NCBI RefSeq assembly: GCF_964204645.1
Contig: NC_134032.1
Span: 2,414,416 to 2,478,415 of the forward strand
Direction of reading: 5' to 3'
DNA from: Tubulanus polymorphus
Lineage: Eukaryota; Animalia; Nemertea
Length of the DNA stretch: 64,000 nt
Notes under the pieces: generated by a model
What the model saw: the letters and a program-made list of their open reading frames with translations, nothing else
Database searches by the model: none
Told to the model about the DNA's origin: nothing
Shown: one piece after another, positions 1 to 13,330 of the stretch
How the letters are laid out: each line of letters begins with the position of its first letter
Position numbering within the stretch: position 1 is the first letter of the stretch
Position numbers and translations under genes: made by a program

Positions 1-575
1 TAAAAACGGTTTATTAAACACGAAATTTTCGAGATCGTATCCCCTCATCAGATGAATACAAGTGAATCAAACAGATAGACCTTTATAGATTTAAGTATTG
101 AACGCGAGAAATTCACCATATCATATTTTAATCACGACAGGGTAACGACTTGTTTTATGAACTCATTGGCCAGTCAAATTCGGCGTCGGTTATAGCGTCA
201 AAGTAAGTAGAAGGGGTACCGAGTTCCAATTCCCGGCTGCATACGAAGACTCCGCTCTAGTCACCGTAATTTATTTAAATTTAACCAAATACCGACTAAG
301 AAATCAGGGAATTTAGGATTTTCACGCGAATGATCAGATAATGTGTATGGAATTTCACCGATGCAGCCAGCCAGAGTACGGCTGGGTCTACTATAATTAG
401 ACTGTTGTAGTCACTAACTCCGGAATCACGTGTAACGACATTACCAATCGTCAATCAAATGTTAGAATCATTGACTCTAAGAGTTCGCAGGTCATAAGAG
501 TTTCACTGTCGCACTTTTTTATAGAAAATATTCTGGTCATTTTCTTTGTCCCACGGATTTTGATGGAAAAGGAAT

Positions 576-1526
576 TCAAACGGCTTTCAATAAAAGAAAC
601 ATCGTTTTTCTGAATTGCTTGTTTACAATTATATAAAGTATGAAATTGACACACGAATTAAAAAGTGATGTAACCCCGTAAATGTGATGCATAATATCCT
701 TGTGATATACGCGGCCTCCGAACTTACCGAGAAAACCTGGCAATTCTAGAACGGTAAAAACAATACTCATTGTAAGCACCATTTTAGTTGCTTTAGTCTG
801 ATTTTGAGAGGTTGAGATCTTGGTCGCCGAGAGAGTTTTTTGGCGTTGTTTACTTTTGACATATAAGACAACAATGAGAGCAATGTTTGCAGCGAAAACT
901 AGAATATTTGAAATAATAATTCGTATAATTGGTTCTATGTATCTGTTCATTAGAACAAAAAATGGTTTATTTCGTCTTATGGCTATGTAATGAAGGAAGC
1001 GGAATCCTTCATATCTTCCGGACAATACTACAATGAGTGTCATGGGATAGTAAGTACATAAAGATATTGATAATATACCCGTGATTATGATGACTGGTTT
1101 TAGGCTGCGTTTAATTTGTAGCGGGGAAATTATAGTAACCAATCTTTCGCACTGAATTATGACGGTTAGGTAATTTCGAAACACAAGAAATCCTTTAGCA
1201 AATATAATTCCCCATATATTTAAGTTTATCGGAGAAATTCGGTTATCAGGAAATTTCTTAACAGACTCTAAACCGAATCGCGCATAGTGAATGTAATAGC
1301 GAACTGGGTTCTGAATGAAATTCGACAGTAAAAACACGATGTCGACGAGTGCGAGGTATTTCAGTAAATCGATGCAGCGGTTCTTAGTTTTCAGTTTGTG
1401 GAATACGACGATAACCATTCCGTTAAACGTGGCACCGACTAGAACCAGTGCCGGAGTGATGTACGCTATACCTAGCCATCTAAACTCCCCTGGCGTATGG
1501 TAAACATATGCTCGTGTATTGTTCAT
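576..1526 (-). CDS. Intronless class A (rhodopsin-like) GPCR, FMRFamide/peptide-receptor-like, ~316 aa
   Basis: Open frame from ATG at 1526 (MNNT glycosylation sequon). Seven hydrophobic segments with family motifs: GATFN (TM1), LALVD (TM2), CERL (DRY-like), FTVLELP (TM6), NSCVNFILY..NKQFR (TM7/helix 8). Confidence 0.85.
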   Translation of the reverse strand: MNNTRAYVYHTPGEFRWLGIAYITPALVLVGATFNGMVIVVFHKLKTKNRCIDLLKYLALVDIVFLLSNFIQNPVRYYIHYARFGLESVKKFPDNRISPINLNIWGIIFAKGFLVFRNYLTVIIQCERLVTIISPLQIKRSLKPVIIITGILSISLCTYYPMTLIVVLSGRYEGFRFLHYIAIRRNKPFFVLMNRYIEPIIRIIISNILVFAANIALIVVLYVKSKQRQKTLSATKISTSQNQTKATKMVLTMSIVFTVLELPGFLGKFGGRVYHKDIMHHIYGVTSLFNSCVNFILYIIVNKQFRKTMFLLLKAV

Positions 1527-2149
1527 TATTTTCAAACGATCCCGTTGGTTTGCAGCAGTTCTCTGTTACTATCATCTAAACTGAAACATTCGCATTAGTT
1601 CCAATTTTATACAAATTTGTATCAATGTCATTGAAACCAATCATCTTGCAGGCAAACTAATTTGAACAGGAGGTGTGATACGAGAGCTTCAATAGGAAAT
1701 TGAAAAGCTGAAGCGGTGAAACCTCTGGAATTCGGATATTAGCTTTTTTACTTAGAATATTCGCAACAATAGAGAATAGAAAGGTGTTTAAAGTTTGATT
1801 CAAGTCGCTACAATGTTTTGGAAACGTTTTAAAGCTGGGTACTGATTACTTGTTCCGTTTTCTATACAGAATATTAGTTTCCGAGAACTACCCGAGAAGT
1901 AATAGGGGGTTTCAATGGGGTTGTGTTAAAATTGTAGTTGCGGTTAATCCAATATGACAACGGTCATGTGATCCAAGATGGTGCCCGTCCAAGATGGCGG
2001 CGGTCACGTGCATCCCCCCATGATTCAAAAATTGAGATGGATGCTCCCACTAGCTGCTATAGTCAAAGGGCTAATCGGATATCGTATCTCTACGTATGTA
2101 TGCGCTAGTAGAGGCCCATGTGAAATCGATCTGATTGATACATTAGCCT

Positions 2150-2400
2150 TAAATGTCTGAAAGGGTCTCGTTTACAGTGAGTGCCAGGGTTCGATTCTAT
2201 TGCGGAACGTCTCGTTGTTACTATCGCCTGGACGCATGAAGGTGAACTCAATTATCCTCCACAATCCTCGAAGTTGTCAATATGAACACTACAAAGGCTT
2301 GATCCTTAGTGTCGTTGAGCCCAGTAAGGTCAAAATTCTCATTGGCGCCAATGTTCCGAAAGCGCATCTTCAATTAGATGGTTCGTTCTGGTTCTGTTAT
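2150..2400 (+). mobile_element. Decayed BEL/Pao retrotransposon fragment (protease region)
   Basis: Translation YEHYKGL..VEPSKVKILIGANVPKAHLQLD resembles the BEL aspartic-protease region; the frame is broken. Confidence 0.4.
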
Positions 2401-2530
2401 AGTAAGCAGCCAAAAGTTTAACGTACCCCGCTTGGTTGGTGTGTATTGATTGGCCTTTCGAGCTATGAAAATGACTTTTGATCTCACTGTACATGTTTTT
2501 CTGAATCATCATCCCGAAATCCACCACAGG

Positions 2531-5170
2531 CAATTCAATTCAATTCAATATTTATTTCACGGAAAAGCAGAACAATCAAATCATAAGAAAGCTAAACAAA
2601 TATAAAAAAGAACGAGAAAATAAAAAAAAATTTACAAATGTTATAGCGCGCTTTTCCATGTGGGCCTTGCAAAGCCTTAAAGGCCGCTAACGCAGGCACC
2701 CAATGAAAGAGAGAGAATAAAGAAGAAGACAGAGAGAGAAAAGGAACAGATGAGCTCGTGCTTGAGAGAATTTATAAGTACAGTAGAATGGTTTAGGGAA
2801 TACTTGTATTGTTATAATAATGAGACGCTAAGTTGATGTAATGGCAAATTTGGAGCAATTGTAACAGGTTGAGTTGTTGCAGATTATGTTCATATTGTAT
2901 TTGGAGGTGAGATGTGACTTTAGATGGCGTTTAAGAGTATGTTTATTCATGTGCAGCATTTGCATTGAGAAGGGAAGGTTTTCCCAAATTGAGAACATTT
3001 TTGAGAAAGATTTAGTGCTTGTATTTGGTTGATTTAGAGGTAGACAATATGTGTGATCATGTTGAATGCTTTTGTAGGTGTTGATAGTGGGAGAAAGGTT
3101 TTCAATGGTAAAGATGTTTTTGAAATGATGTGGTGACGATAGTAAAGTTTGATGGATGAATATGGTGGTTTTTTGTATGAGGATGTCGTTTATTTTGAGA
3201 ATGTTTAACTTTTTGAAGAGAGGATCAGAGTGGGTGGTATAATTTGATTTGGTTATGATTCTGGAAATTTTTTCTGGACGAGTAGGCATCTGTTGTTGTG
3301 TTGCGAGTGACCCCATGCTAGTAGCCCGTAGGTTAGGTGAGGATATATAAGGGTATAGTAAAGTGTAACAAGGTGTTGATAGTCAAGTATGTTCTTGGTT
3401 TTGTTTATTATTCCAGTGATCCGAGAGATTTTTTTGTGTATTTTTTCGATGTGTGGTTTCCAATTGGGATTTTCGTGTATCGTTAGACCTAGGAAGTCTG
3501 TTTGCTTTACTCGTTCTATAACGGTATCGCCTAATTTGATGTGAAAATTGTGATGCAAGTACGGTTTTCTTTGGTAGTTATGAAATATAATGTATTTAGT
3601 TTTTGTATGATTAGGTGTTGATCTGTTGGCTAGAAGCCAGTCATCTAATTTTAGGAGATCAGTATTTTTGTGCGAGAGTGTTGAGGTTCTTATGAGATGA
3701 GATGCAATTTGTGTCGTCTGCGAATAGAATGTAGTTTAAATGGTCAGTACAGCGGTAGATGTCATTGATGTATACGAGGAATAAGAGAGGGCCAAGGATG
3801 GAGCCTTGGGGGACGCCTATATTTGTGAAGAGTGTTGAAGAGGTTGAAGAATTAAATGAAACGAAGTGTTGCCTGTCAGAAAGATAAGAGGAAAACCAAT
3901 TTAAGGCTGTTCCTCGAATACCGTAATGTTCAAGCTTTTTGAGTAGAATTTTGTGGTTCAGGGGGTCGAAAGCTTTAAAGAGGTCTAAAAAAATACCAAT
4001 GGTCCAATTATTGTGGTTATCTAAGGAATTTGTAATTCTGTCGATAAGTTCAAGAATGGCATGTTCCGTAGAGTGGTTTGGTCGAAAACCATATTGATTT
4101 TGGAATATTTGTTTTTCAATGAATTTTGAGATTTTTTGGTGAACGAGTTTTTCGTATATTTTTGATATAGAGTTGAGTAGCGATATTGGTCGATAGTTTT
4201 TAACTAGATCCTTCTCACCCTTTTTGTGTAGGGGAATCATTTTGGCTGTTTTAAGATGATTTGGAAAAACCCCTGTTTTGAGAGATTGATTGATAAGGTG
4301 TGTGAGAGGACAAGAGATATAGTTAATGATTTGTTTTAATGTATGCGTTGAAATGTTATCTTGGCCAGATGAGTGTTTTTGTTTAAGATTCCTTACAACT
4401 TCTATGACATCTTGTTCACAAACTGGTGAAAGGAAGAAATTTGAATTAGATTTGGGCACTTTATTTAGGTAAAAGTCTGATAAAAACTGGGGCTTAGGTA
4501 AATTGTTAGCCAAGGTTTCGCCGATTTTGTTGAAGTGACTGTTGAAAGAGTTAGCGATTACTGCTGGGTCGTCTGTATCAGTGTTATTGATTTTGAATGA
4601 GTGTGTGATGTCTTGCTTGTTGTTTGTTTTGTTGATTATTTCTTTTAAGATTTTCCATGTGTTTTTGATGTTACCATTTGCAGATTTAAAGATTTTTGAT
4701 AGTGCTGTTTTTTTGCTGCTCTGATAATAGAGTTAAGTTTATTTTTATAGATTTTAAAGTTGTTCTTTTCAACTATTTGAAGAGTAGGGTTTTTTATCGA
4801 GAGAAAATGTTTATATTTGTTGTCTTTGTTGTATATTGATTGAATTATACCTTTCGTTATCCAAGGATTTTTGGGTGTGTTGTATTTATTGTGTTAGAAT
4901 TTCTTGGTTATTGTTTCAGATCCAATAATATGATTAATAGTCGAAGAGAAAGATTCAAAGGCATCGTTAATTGGGGTGTCATCATCGTGAATGAGTGCTT
5001 GGAAATTAGTTGTTCTTAGTTTTTCACAAATGTTTTTCATTCCTTGTTCATTGATTATCTGTTTTGTGTTGGAGGTCTTGCTATTATTTGTTTGTTTTTT
5101 GGATAGACTGCAAGCGAATGTGAAAAAATGATCCGAGAGTGGTGTAGTTAAGATACCCGAGTGATAGGCT
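2531..5170 (-). mobile_element. 5'-truncated CR1/L2-group LINE (end of APE endonuclease + RT), frameshifted
   Basis: RT motifs NYRPISLL, QYGFR, GVPQGSILGPLLF and FADD in ORF 3659-4513. C-terminal pieces lie in ORFs 3253-3558 and 2828-3316. Endonuclease SDH motif near 5140. (ATTGA)n tail at 2531-2548. Confidence 0.9.
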
Positions 5171-5632
5171 GCTCGTCACTTCGATTATCAATTCAAATAT
5201 AAATAAACAAATTTATTGCCGCAAGACTTCACACTCAGCCGCGGTCTTCAAAGAAAAATTTCAACAATTACCCGTCTTCTTCATCTGTACACTTCATCAT
5301 CCACGGGATATTTACTGCTCTAAATATTACAAGCACCGTCGAGCTGTAGCTGTAAAGATCGATGAATCAACGTGTGTCTTTAATCGTCGTTCCGCGGATC
5401 CGCTGCGAATTCTCCTCGCCATGAAAATCAAATCAAGTACAAATAAATGTATTACTCCCAGTGATTTGGCCACGGGTTTCAGGCAGTTAGTTTAACAATA
5501 TTCTATTTTCCTTTACAAAATTGTACGGATATTTAGTACGATATATCATTTAAGTACCATTAAAGTACCGGCGAGTCGTAGGCCTAAACTAAACATGCCG
5601 GAAAGATGCAGCAGAGAAAAGCTGTAGTGTTG

Positions 5633-6795
5633 CGGTGTTGTCATATCGCGGAAAGACGGAATCGCGGAATTTTCCAAAAACGCGGAATTTCTTCATTTTT
5701 ACTATAAATAGGAAACGAGTTTTCCCACGGGGATACCCACTGTCGGACAGGGCACCGGACCCAGGTTTTCAACACCGGGAATTAGTATTTGATAATTTAT
5801 TATATCGCCAGTCAACAACTTAACGATACTGTTACAAATAATGGAGAACCTAGGCAATACCAAGAATGGCAATACGTGCTTTGCGAATTCAGTGATACAG
5901 AGTATCGCTGCATTAACTGAAGGAATACACATCGATGGTACGTAAACGTAGGATTTGTGATGACACCATGGGTCATTCTCCAGGACTCAGTTCCGAGTTA
6001 AGATTTGACTCTGGTCTCTGGATTTAAAACATTGGAAATGAATTGATTCTAAGTAACTCAGAGTTAACTCTCAAAACTGTGGGACTGGATCGATGTCAGA
6101 CGAAAATAAATAGACATTATGTATATTTCATTCTGGCTTAGGATTGTTCATGCGTGTTGTGTGTCTACATTGTTGTTAAAAGCGAATGCGGTTTATCTTT
6201 TAGAATTAAATGATATGAAAGATTATAAAATGGTTTCGTTTTTTTTAAAGTTTACTTTGTGACTGCTATAACACATATGTTCCTATTCTGATTATTTGGA
6301 TCAAAAGACTTATTGGTAGCGGTACTGGACGGCCGTAAAATTATAATAATTTCAAAGGAATTTGAACCGGAACTTGTTTGGTCGTAGGATTTCATATTTG
6401 CAACCATCTACAACTACGGTCCGACACCGCGAACGTGCTAAATATTTATCTGATAATATTCGTTTCTGAAGTTCTCAAAAAGTCGATGAACTTCGATAAC
6501 CGAAGTTTGCCTAGTAGAAATAGACATTAGGTGCCTGGTCTCTTTCACCCCACTTGATTCTGACTTCTTCTACAGGTGGCAGCCAGTCAACGGTATCGTA
6601 ATATAATAATTCCATATAAAATTGCCTGCAAATAATGGGATTCGAACCTAACTCGTTGCATCGATCGGTCCAGTGCCCTGTCCGACAGTGGGTATCACCG
6701 TGGGAAAACCCGTTTACTATTTAAAGTAAAAATGAAGAAATTCCGCGTTTTTGGAAAATTCCGCGATTCCGTCTTTCCGCGATATGACAACACCG
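5633..6795. mobile_element. Non-autonomous TIR DNA transposon, MULE-like (~128-bp TIRs, 9-bp TSD)
   Basis: TIRs CGGTGTTGTCATATCGCGG.../...CCGCGATATGACAACACCG. TSD GTAGTGTTG at 5624-5632 and 6796-6804. An empty-site paralogue is present near 38410-38430. Confidence 0.85.
5841..5937 (+). pseudogene. Exon-like fragment encoding a ubiquitin-specific protease (peptidase C19) Cys box
   Basis: ATG...MENLGNTKNGNTCFANSVIQSIAAL followed by a G|GTACGT donor. Matches the USP GxxNxGNTCFxNSVxQ motif. Confidence 0.6.
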
Positions 6796-7454
6796 GTAGT
6801 GTTGACGAGGTACCAAAATAAATGAATTTATTACCACCAGTGATTCGGCCACGGGCTTCAACCATGTATCAATATTCTATTTCTCAGTACACACCGAGCT
6901 TTACCAAATCGACAGGATATTTAATAAATAACTGTATATAACACATGCTTATCCGCAAGCTGAAATCACGCTTGATATTCGGATTCAGTATTTCCGATAC
7001 CGCGGGTGATCGGAGATCGTTTGGCCGCTTGAAGTGTTTATTGAGTTGTGCTACTTTTAGGCCTACGTGCTTTACTGTTTCAAACAAACACAATATAATT
7101 TTTCAAAATTTGCAATAGAAAATCCGGCAACACTGCCATGACACGTAGCACAAATGATTTGTTTCTTCGTCCGAAAATGAAATTGATATTGCAAATGGAA
7201 TACACCATGAAATCTAACCCTGTTAAATAGAGGTGTAGGAATACGATGTTTACGAGGGTTAAACCGCAATAGGTCTAAGCCTCATCTGTCTGGAAGCTAG
7301 ACCTACGTGCATATACGTAGGCCTGCATCAGCTGATATGAAGATTTTGATAAGCTGTTAGCATTCGTCTGAGCAGGCAGCTTTATAAACATGGGTTTCAT
7401 TTGAGTTTTTCATCATTAATGAAACTTGTATTTTATTAATTCCTGATGAGTTAC

Positions 7455-8040
7455 TACGGAGCCCCGGATGATAAGATCTTTTTTTCGTCTGAAAATCTTT
7501 TCGTTCAAAATAATTTTTTTGTCAGAACAAAATGTTTTTGTTCGAACCGAAAATGTTTTTTTCGATCGAACAAAATTGATTTCGTTCGAACAAAACTTTA
7601 AATAAAAATTCGAAAATGTTCGATCGAATAGAATTCTTTTTATTCAAACTATTATTCGAACAAAATTGTTTTCGTTCACCAATTTTTTTTTGTCGGGACA
7701 AACAATTTTTCGTCCAAACAATAACATAGTTTTTTATTCGAACAACTTTTCATTTGTATAAAAAGTATATTGTTCGATTGAGCAAAATTGTTTTCATTCA
7801 AACAAAATTTTCTTGTGGGAACATTAAGTTTTTCGTTCAAACAAGTATATTGATCCATCGAAAGTTTTTCATTCCAAAGAAAAAGATTTTCGTGGAACTA
7901 AATAGTCTTTTCATTACGGAGTAAACTTTTTTCGAACAAAGTAATCTTCACACCCGAACACAATAGGTATAATACGAACCTGGATTTTCTTTGTATCCGA
8001 TATCCATATTATGCCTTTTCAGGATGATGCTTATCATACG
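7455..8040. mobile_element. Degenerate non-autonomous element with TACGG start and ~11-bp TTCGAACAAAA-like internal repeats (IS3EU-like)
   Basis: Starts TACGGAGCCCC and contains dense TTCGAACAAA variants. A related copy lies at ~39492-40045. The right end is unclear. Confidence 0.45.
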
Positions 8041-10205
8041 TGTTTCTGACCATGTACGGGACACAACTTGATTAGGTCGTTTTGGAAATTTACTCGGTCC
8101 TGTACCTTTGCGATTACTCTGCCTCTCAGGACAGTGAAGAGAAGACGACTGAGGATACTACCTTGCGTGACTCCACTAGTTAGATCAACTTATTTCCAAG
8201 AGACAGTTCCGTTAATTTCGGCCACCTGTTTTCGATCGGAGAAAACTTCTTGATCTTGTCTGGATACTGTGTCGACCACGATCGCATGTATGCCGAAGCA
8301 GCTACACCATGCTTAAGAAAATGAAGGGAATTTAATAGAATCCTGTTCAACGGTCAACACGGTTTTATACAACGAAGCTCAACAAACAGTCAATTAGGCT
8401 TACTTGAAACCATGGATAACTGGAAAGGAAACAATAAATGTAAAATCCCACAATAGTTGAGAGTAAAAAGAGTAAAAAGTTAATATAAAATACTAGAAAT
8501 ATTTTTGGTGGTTCTGTCTAAAATGTTATATACATCAAATAAATACACATATAATATAAATAAATATACATTGATATAAAATATAACACGAATCACTGCG
8601 CATAGTTAGGTTTTGGGTCCTAGCGTACTGACAAATTTTAGAAGGAGTTTATTGTGAGGACTGAAACCTTTGTATGAGATCGACAGAGCGATCAGAATGA
8701 GTAATATTAGAAGTATCGTTGTATCTCCATAATTATCTACGGTGAGTTTGATGTCGAGCATTTCAACTGTAATTTCATATCGATTGTTGAGAAATGATAA
8801 CAGTTGAGAGACGGGAGCATCGTGTGCGTTTCTGCGCAGTTCACCGAGTAGCATTCGGATTCTAAACGGCTGGTATCATCAATGAATAATGTTCGTTCGA
8901 ACAAAACTTTAAATAAAAATTCGAAAATGTTCGATCGAACAGAATTCTTTTTATTCAAACTATTATTCGAACAAAATTGTTTTCGTTCACCAATTTTTTT
9001 TTTGTCGGGACAAACAATTTTTCGTCCAAACAATAACATAGCTTTTTATTCGAACAACTTTTCATTTGTATAAAAAGTATATTGTTCGATTGAGCAAAAT
9101 TGTTTTCATTCGAACAAAATTTTCTTGTCGGAACATTAAGTTTTTCGTTCAAACAAGTATATTGATCCATCGAAAATTTTTCATTCCAAAGAAAAAGATT
9201 TTCGTGGAACTAAATAGTCTTTTCATTACGGAGTAAACTTTTTTCGACCAAAGTAATCTTCACACCCGAACACAATAGGTATGATACGAACCTGGATTTT
9301 CTTTGTATCCGATATCCATATTATGCCATTTCAGGATGATGCTTATCATACGTGTTTCTGACCATGTACGGGACACAACTTGATTAGGTCGTTTTGGAAA
9401 TTTACTCGGTCCTGTACCTTTGCGATTACTCTGCCTCTCAGGACAGTGAAGAGAAGACGACTGAGGATACTACCTTGCGTGACTCCACTAGTTAGATCTA
9501 CTTATTTCCAAGATGAGACAGTTCCGTTAATTTCGGCCACCTGTTTTCGATCGGAGAAAACTTCTTGATCTTGTCTGGATACTGTGTCGACCACGATCGC
9601 ATGTATGCCGAAGCAGCTACACCATGCTTAAGAAAATGAAGGGAATTAAATAGAATCCTGTTCAACGGTCAACACGGTTTTATACAACGAAGCTCAACAA
9701 ACAGTCAATTAGGCTTACTTGAAACCATGGATAACTGGAAAGGAAACAATAAATGTAAAATCCCACAATTGTTGAGAGTAAAAAGAGTAAAAAGTTAATA
9801 TAAAATACTAGAAATATTTTTGGTGGTTCTGTCTAAAATGTTATATACGTCAAATAAATACACCTATAATATAAATAAATATACATTGATATAAAATACA
9901 CGAATCACTGCGCATAGTTAGGTTTTGGGTCCTAGCGTACTGACAAATTTTAGAAGGAGTTTATTATGAGGACTGAAACCTTTGTATGAGATCGACAAAG
10001 CGATCAGAATGAGTAATATTAGAAGTACCGTTTTATCTCCATAATTATCTACGGTGAGTTTGATGTCGAGCATTTCAACTGTAATTTCATATCGATTGTT
10101 GAGAAATGATAACAGTTGAGAGACGGGAGCATCGTGTGCGTTTCTGCGCAGTTCACCGAGTAGCATTCGGATTCTAAACGGCTGGTATCATCAATGAATA
10201 ATGTT
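7581..10205 (+). repeat. ~1.31-kb direct tandem duplication (7581-8893 / 8892-10205)
   Basis: Near-identical copies at offset 1311-1312 with scattered SNPs and small indels. The first copy ends in ATGAATAATGTT, the start of the downstream GPCR. Confidence 0.95.
9430..9565 (-). mobile_element. Short LINE RT fragment (also at ~8120-8250 and ~40115-40225)
   Basis: Translates RKQVAEINGTVSS..LTSGVTQGSILSRLLFTV, the GVPQGS motif region. Confidence 0.6.
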
Positions 10206-11384
10206 ACTATCATCGCCGTTACTACAACCCAGCGACTGTCATACGCTTCCAGGACACCAGCTTTTATTACAGCCTTTAGAAGTTTCACTAGACGCGCTTA
10301 TCTTCTCAACTTCTACACATTTACTTTGTTAGTGTTTCCACTCGGAAGTGTGTTCAACTTTCTGACAATAATTCTACTGATTAAATGTCGCAGATACCAG
10401 ACTGTTCGTTACACGTTCCCCTATCTCATAACTCTCGCGTTTTCAGAACAAATCGTTTTATTTATCAAGCTGAGCAACTTTCCATATTATTTGAAATACA
10501 TCCTGGTAAAATTCCAATTTTACCCGAAAATATGTGGAGATAACTATATGACATTGTCAAAACATGGCAAACTGTGTTCATCATCATTGTACCATTTCTA
10601 TTATTATTTTCAGTACATTCCTAACAAATTAATTCCAAAATGTTTGTTGGTTAACATATCCTACAACCAAGCAATAGCAGTATCACACTACATAGTCTTA
10701 GCAATTGCTGTTGAAAGATTTGTTTCTATACGTTTACCATTCTTTCATATGAGATATTTCACCTACAAGCGGCGTGTCGTCATAGTATGTGGTGTCATAG
10801 TGTTTTCCTGCATCATAAACCTCGATTCTTCGAGTAAAAGTATCTACATTTATCGCAATGCGGTTCGTAGATATAACGAAACCTTCATTCAATTCAGTTG
10901 CAAGCAGTCTTATAGGATGAATCAATTTCTTTATGTTATTATAACAATGGCAAGAGTATTCTTTCAGGAGATATTTCCGGCCATTGCGATCATCATAGCA
11001 TCAATTCTAACTGGTTTATCCCGTGCTCAGAAATCTAGCATGTTGAATAGAACAGGAGCAGAACGCTTTCGGTCATCGACTAGTAAAACACTTCTAGTTG
11101 TCATTTTAGTCTATATAGTTTGTGTTCTACCCAACACTGTCACTAAATTAATGCATAACTTCAACGAATTTCTCATGTATGTGATCTGGATAAACCATCG
11201 TATTAATCTTTACGGATCCCCTACTAGAACGTTTTACCTAATACTTTTGTGGCGTGAATTAGAAGGAATATTTTACGGATTTCGAAACGTCTTGTTCTGC
11301 GTAAACTTTTTCATATATTTCGGTACGTTACAAGTTTTTAGAAGACAATTTATAAAACTGTTCTACTACAATACTGATAGGTAG
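10194..11384 (+). CDS. Intronless class A GPCR, FMRFamide/sex-peptide-receptor-like, 396 aa
   Basis: Intact ORF with an MNNVT sequon, GSVFN (TM1), YLITLAFSE (TM2), AIAVERF (TM3), VYIVCVLP (TM6) and CVNFFIY..FRRQF (TM7/helix 8). Confidence 0.88.
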   Translation: MNNVTIIAVTTTQRLSYASRTPAFITAFRSFTRRAYLLNFYTFTLLVFPLGSVFNFLTIILLIKCRRYQTVRYTFPYLITLAFSEQIVLFIKLSNFPYYLKYILVKFQFYPKICGDNYMTLSKHGKLCSSSLYHFYYYFQYIPNKLIPKCLLVNISYNQAIAVSHYIVLAIAVERFVSIRLPFFHMRYFTYKRRVVIVCGVIVFSCIINLDSSSKSIYIYRNAVRRYNETFIQFSCKQSYRMNQFLYVIITMARVFFQEIFPAIAIIIASILTGLSRAQKSSMLNRTGAERFRSSTSKTLLVVILVYIVCVLPNTVTKLMHNFNEFLMYVIWINHRINLYGSPTRTFYLILLWRELEGIFYGFRNVLFCVNFFIYFGTLQVFRRQFIKLFYYNTDR

Positions 11385-11999
11385 TCCGTTGTCAAAATTA
11401 GTTCATTTACAATGAATTTTGAACTGGATTTTTTTTACTCCCCAATCCATATATTATCACAGCATCATCAAATACAATACTTTCGATCTTTTACTCGGAT
11501 ATTGGTATAATAGTTTTCTTACATAATTGAGCCCCAGTTACTGATAGATTGATTTAAAACTTACAGTTATGTATCGGTGACGATGGAATAATACATTCAA
11601 ACGGCAGAATCGACGATGCTGACATTTCTGATTTGGCAAAGAGACCTATCCTATTTCGTTGCCAAAGTATCACAAATTTGTGGATTTGGTGATTTCGAGT
11701 TTATGTTGCGACATCTTCAGTTTTCCGTGCGCCACGTGTTGAGATCTATCAAACTACGCGGCGAGACTAGTGACCTTGAGTCCCGGAACCACTATTGTCG
11801 GATGTCAGAAATAAACGGAACAAAAATGTACCTAAAAATCCTACTCCCTCCACCATACACAAATACGCATTCTACGTTAACTACTCACCCACTCCCCCTC
11901 AGCGTGTACGTACTAATTGAATGGTCTCTTATTGGATTCCTGATCTCAGACAGCGCGTTAAATTGCTATTAAAGTTTTAAATGCCAGTGTATTTAGGGT

Positions 12000-13330
12000 A
12001 AACCATGCTTTCTTCCACTACGTACATCTGCATTTGCCTAGCAGTCGAGTAGTATCGGTCAGTTCCTAGAAAATGCATATCCGACAATGCATCTACTTTT
12101 ACATCGGCCAATGAAGTCTTGAATGAGATAATTTCGTCGAATAAGGTTGCTAGTTATTTGGCTGAAAATAGATCGAGTTCAACCGGAGTTTATAGCCAAA
12201 CGTAGTCCCTGGCAAGGGGTTTTTATGAGCGGCTAGTGGGCTTGGTTAAAGGCATGATCAAAAAGATTTTATGTCGATCGAAACTCACATTTGAATTTAG
12301 TTACATTGTACTGTTAATAGAAATTGAAAGTCAACTGAATGATTTGGCCTTTGACATCAATCTTCAATGCGTCCGACATTCAGCCGCTCACGCCGTCCAT
12401 GCTCAAGTATGGACGCCGTATTGCAGGGTTTCCTCAAGCCTACGTGTGCGAGACGGAATTTAGTGATCCTGAATTCCTTGTCCATCGAGATTTGATTACT
12501 CGTCGTATGAATTATATATGGTTATTGTTCAGTTAATTTTGTCGTCGCTGCAAAATGTGAATATTTGTTGAGCTTACGCGAACGGCATCTTTCGCCCGGG
12601 AGATATCAGGAAAATGTTAAATTAGGCTCCGTCTTTCAAATTCATGACGACCCAGAAACCTATGGCGTCTAGGAGACGACACCGCGTTGCGTCGTGAAAA
12701 AGACTGGAAAGTTCGAAACGCTACTTTGAGGACATCCATTGGATTCACCAATGGTACAACATGCGCAGATCCGGGATCGCTAGGCGAGGCGAATCCTACC
12801 GAAAACGTAGACGGATCTGTGGTTGGAAAACGTCCAATCCGCGCATCTGCCGTTGCTGCTGATCAAAGAATCACGGCTGTTCGTAACCGCCGAGCGAAAC
12901 GACAAAATGTGTATGTGAATTCTGTTTTCTGAACACGAGACTCTCGTAATTTGCATTCATTAGTTATCAATCAAGTTCTTTACCAACGTTAATTTCACTT
13001 AGTGAAAATATATGTCAGATATAAATGTAAATGATATTGAAATATTAATATTTTATAGGGGATAATAATATTCACGAAATTTTGGGGCGGGAGTACGTGG
13101 TTAACGTTTTGTATTCATTTTGTATGCATTCTAAGCATTGTAAGCAGGTTTATTCGTTCGGTATTGAGTTTTGAGTACACGTAGCGGTTAAAAACCCGTT
13201 ACTAATCTCAGTCACAGTGCCTCAATAAATAGGTCCAATTTTCTGTGTACTTGGCTGACATGCAATATAAAGAGAGAGAAATAAACTACCAGTGTATGAA
13301 CTGAAATATACAGCCCTAGTCAGTCTCTAC
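12000..13330 (+). mobile_element. Decayed BEL/Pao integrase region with PPT and probable 3' LTR
   Basis: Fragments SDNASTF, RSPWQG..YERLVGLVKGMIKK and QPLTPSMLKYGR. Purine tract GGGGCGGGAG at ~13085-13094, then an LTR-like segment ending TACA at ~13330. Confidence 0.7.

Noticed and set aside
7420-7452. GAAAC...CTGATGA as a hammerhead or C/D snoRNA
   Set aside because: No convincing stems, and the paralogous copy has CTAATGA.
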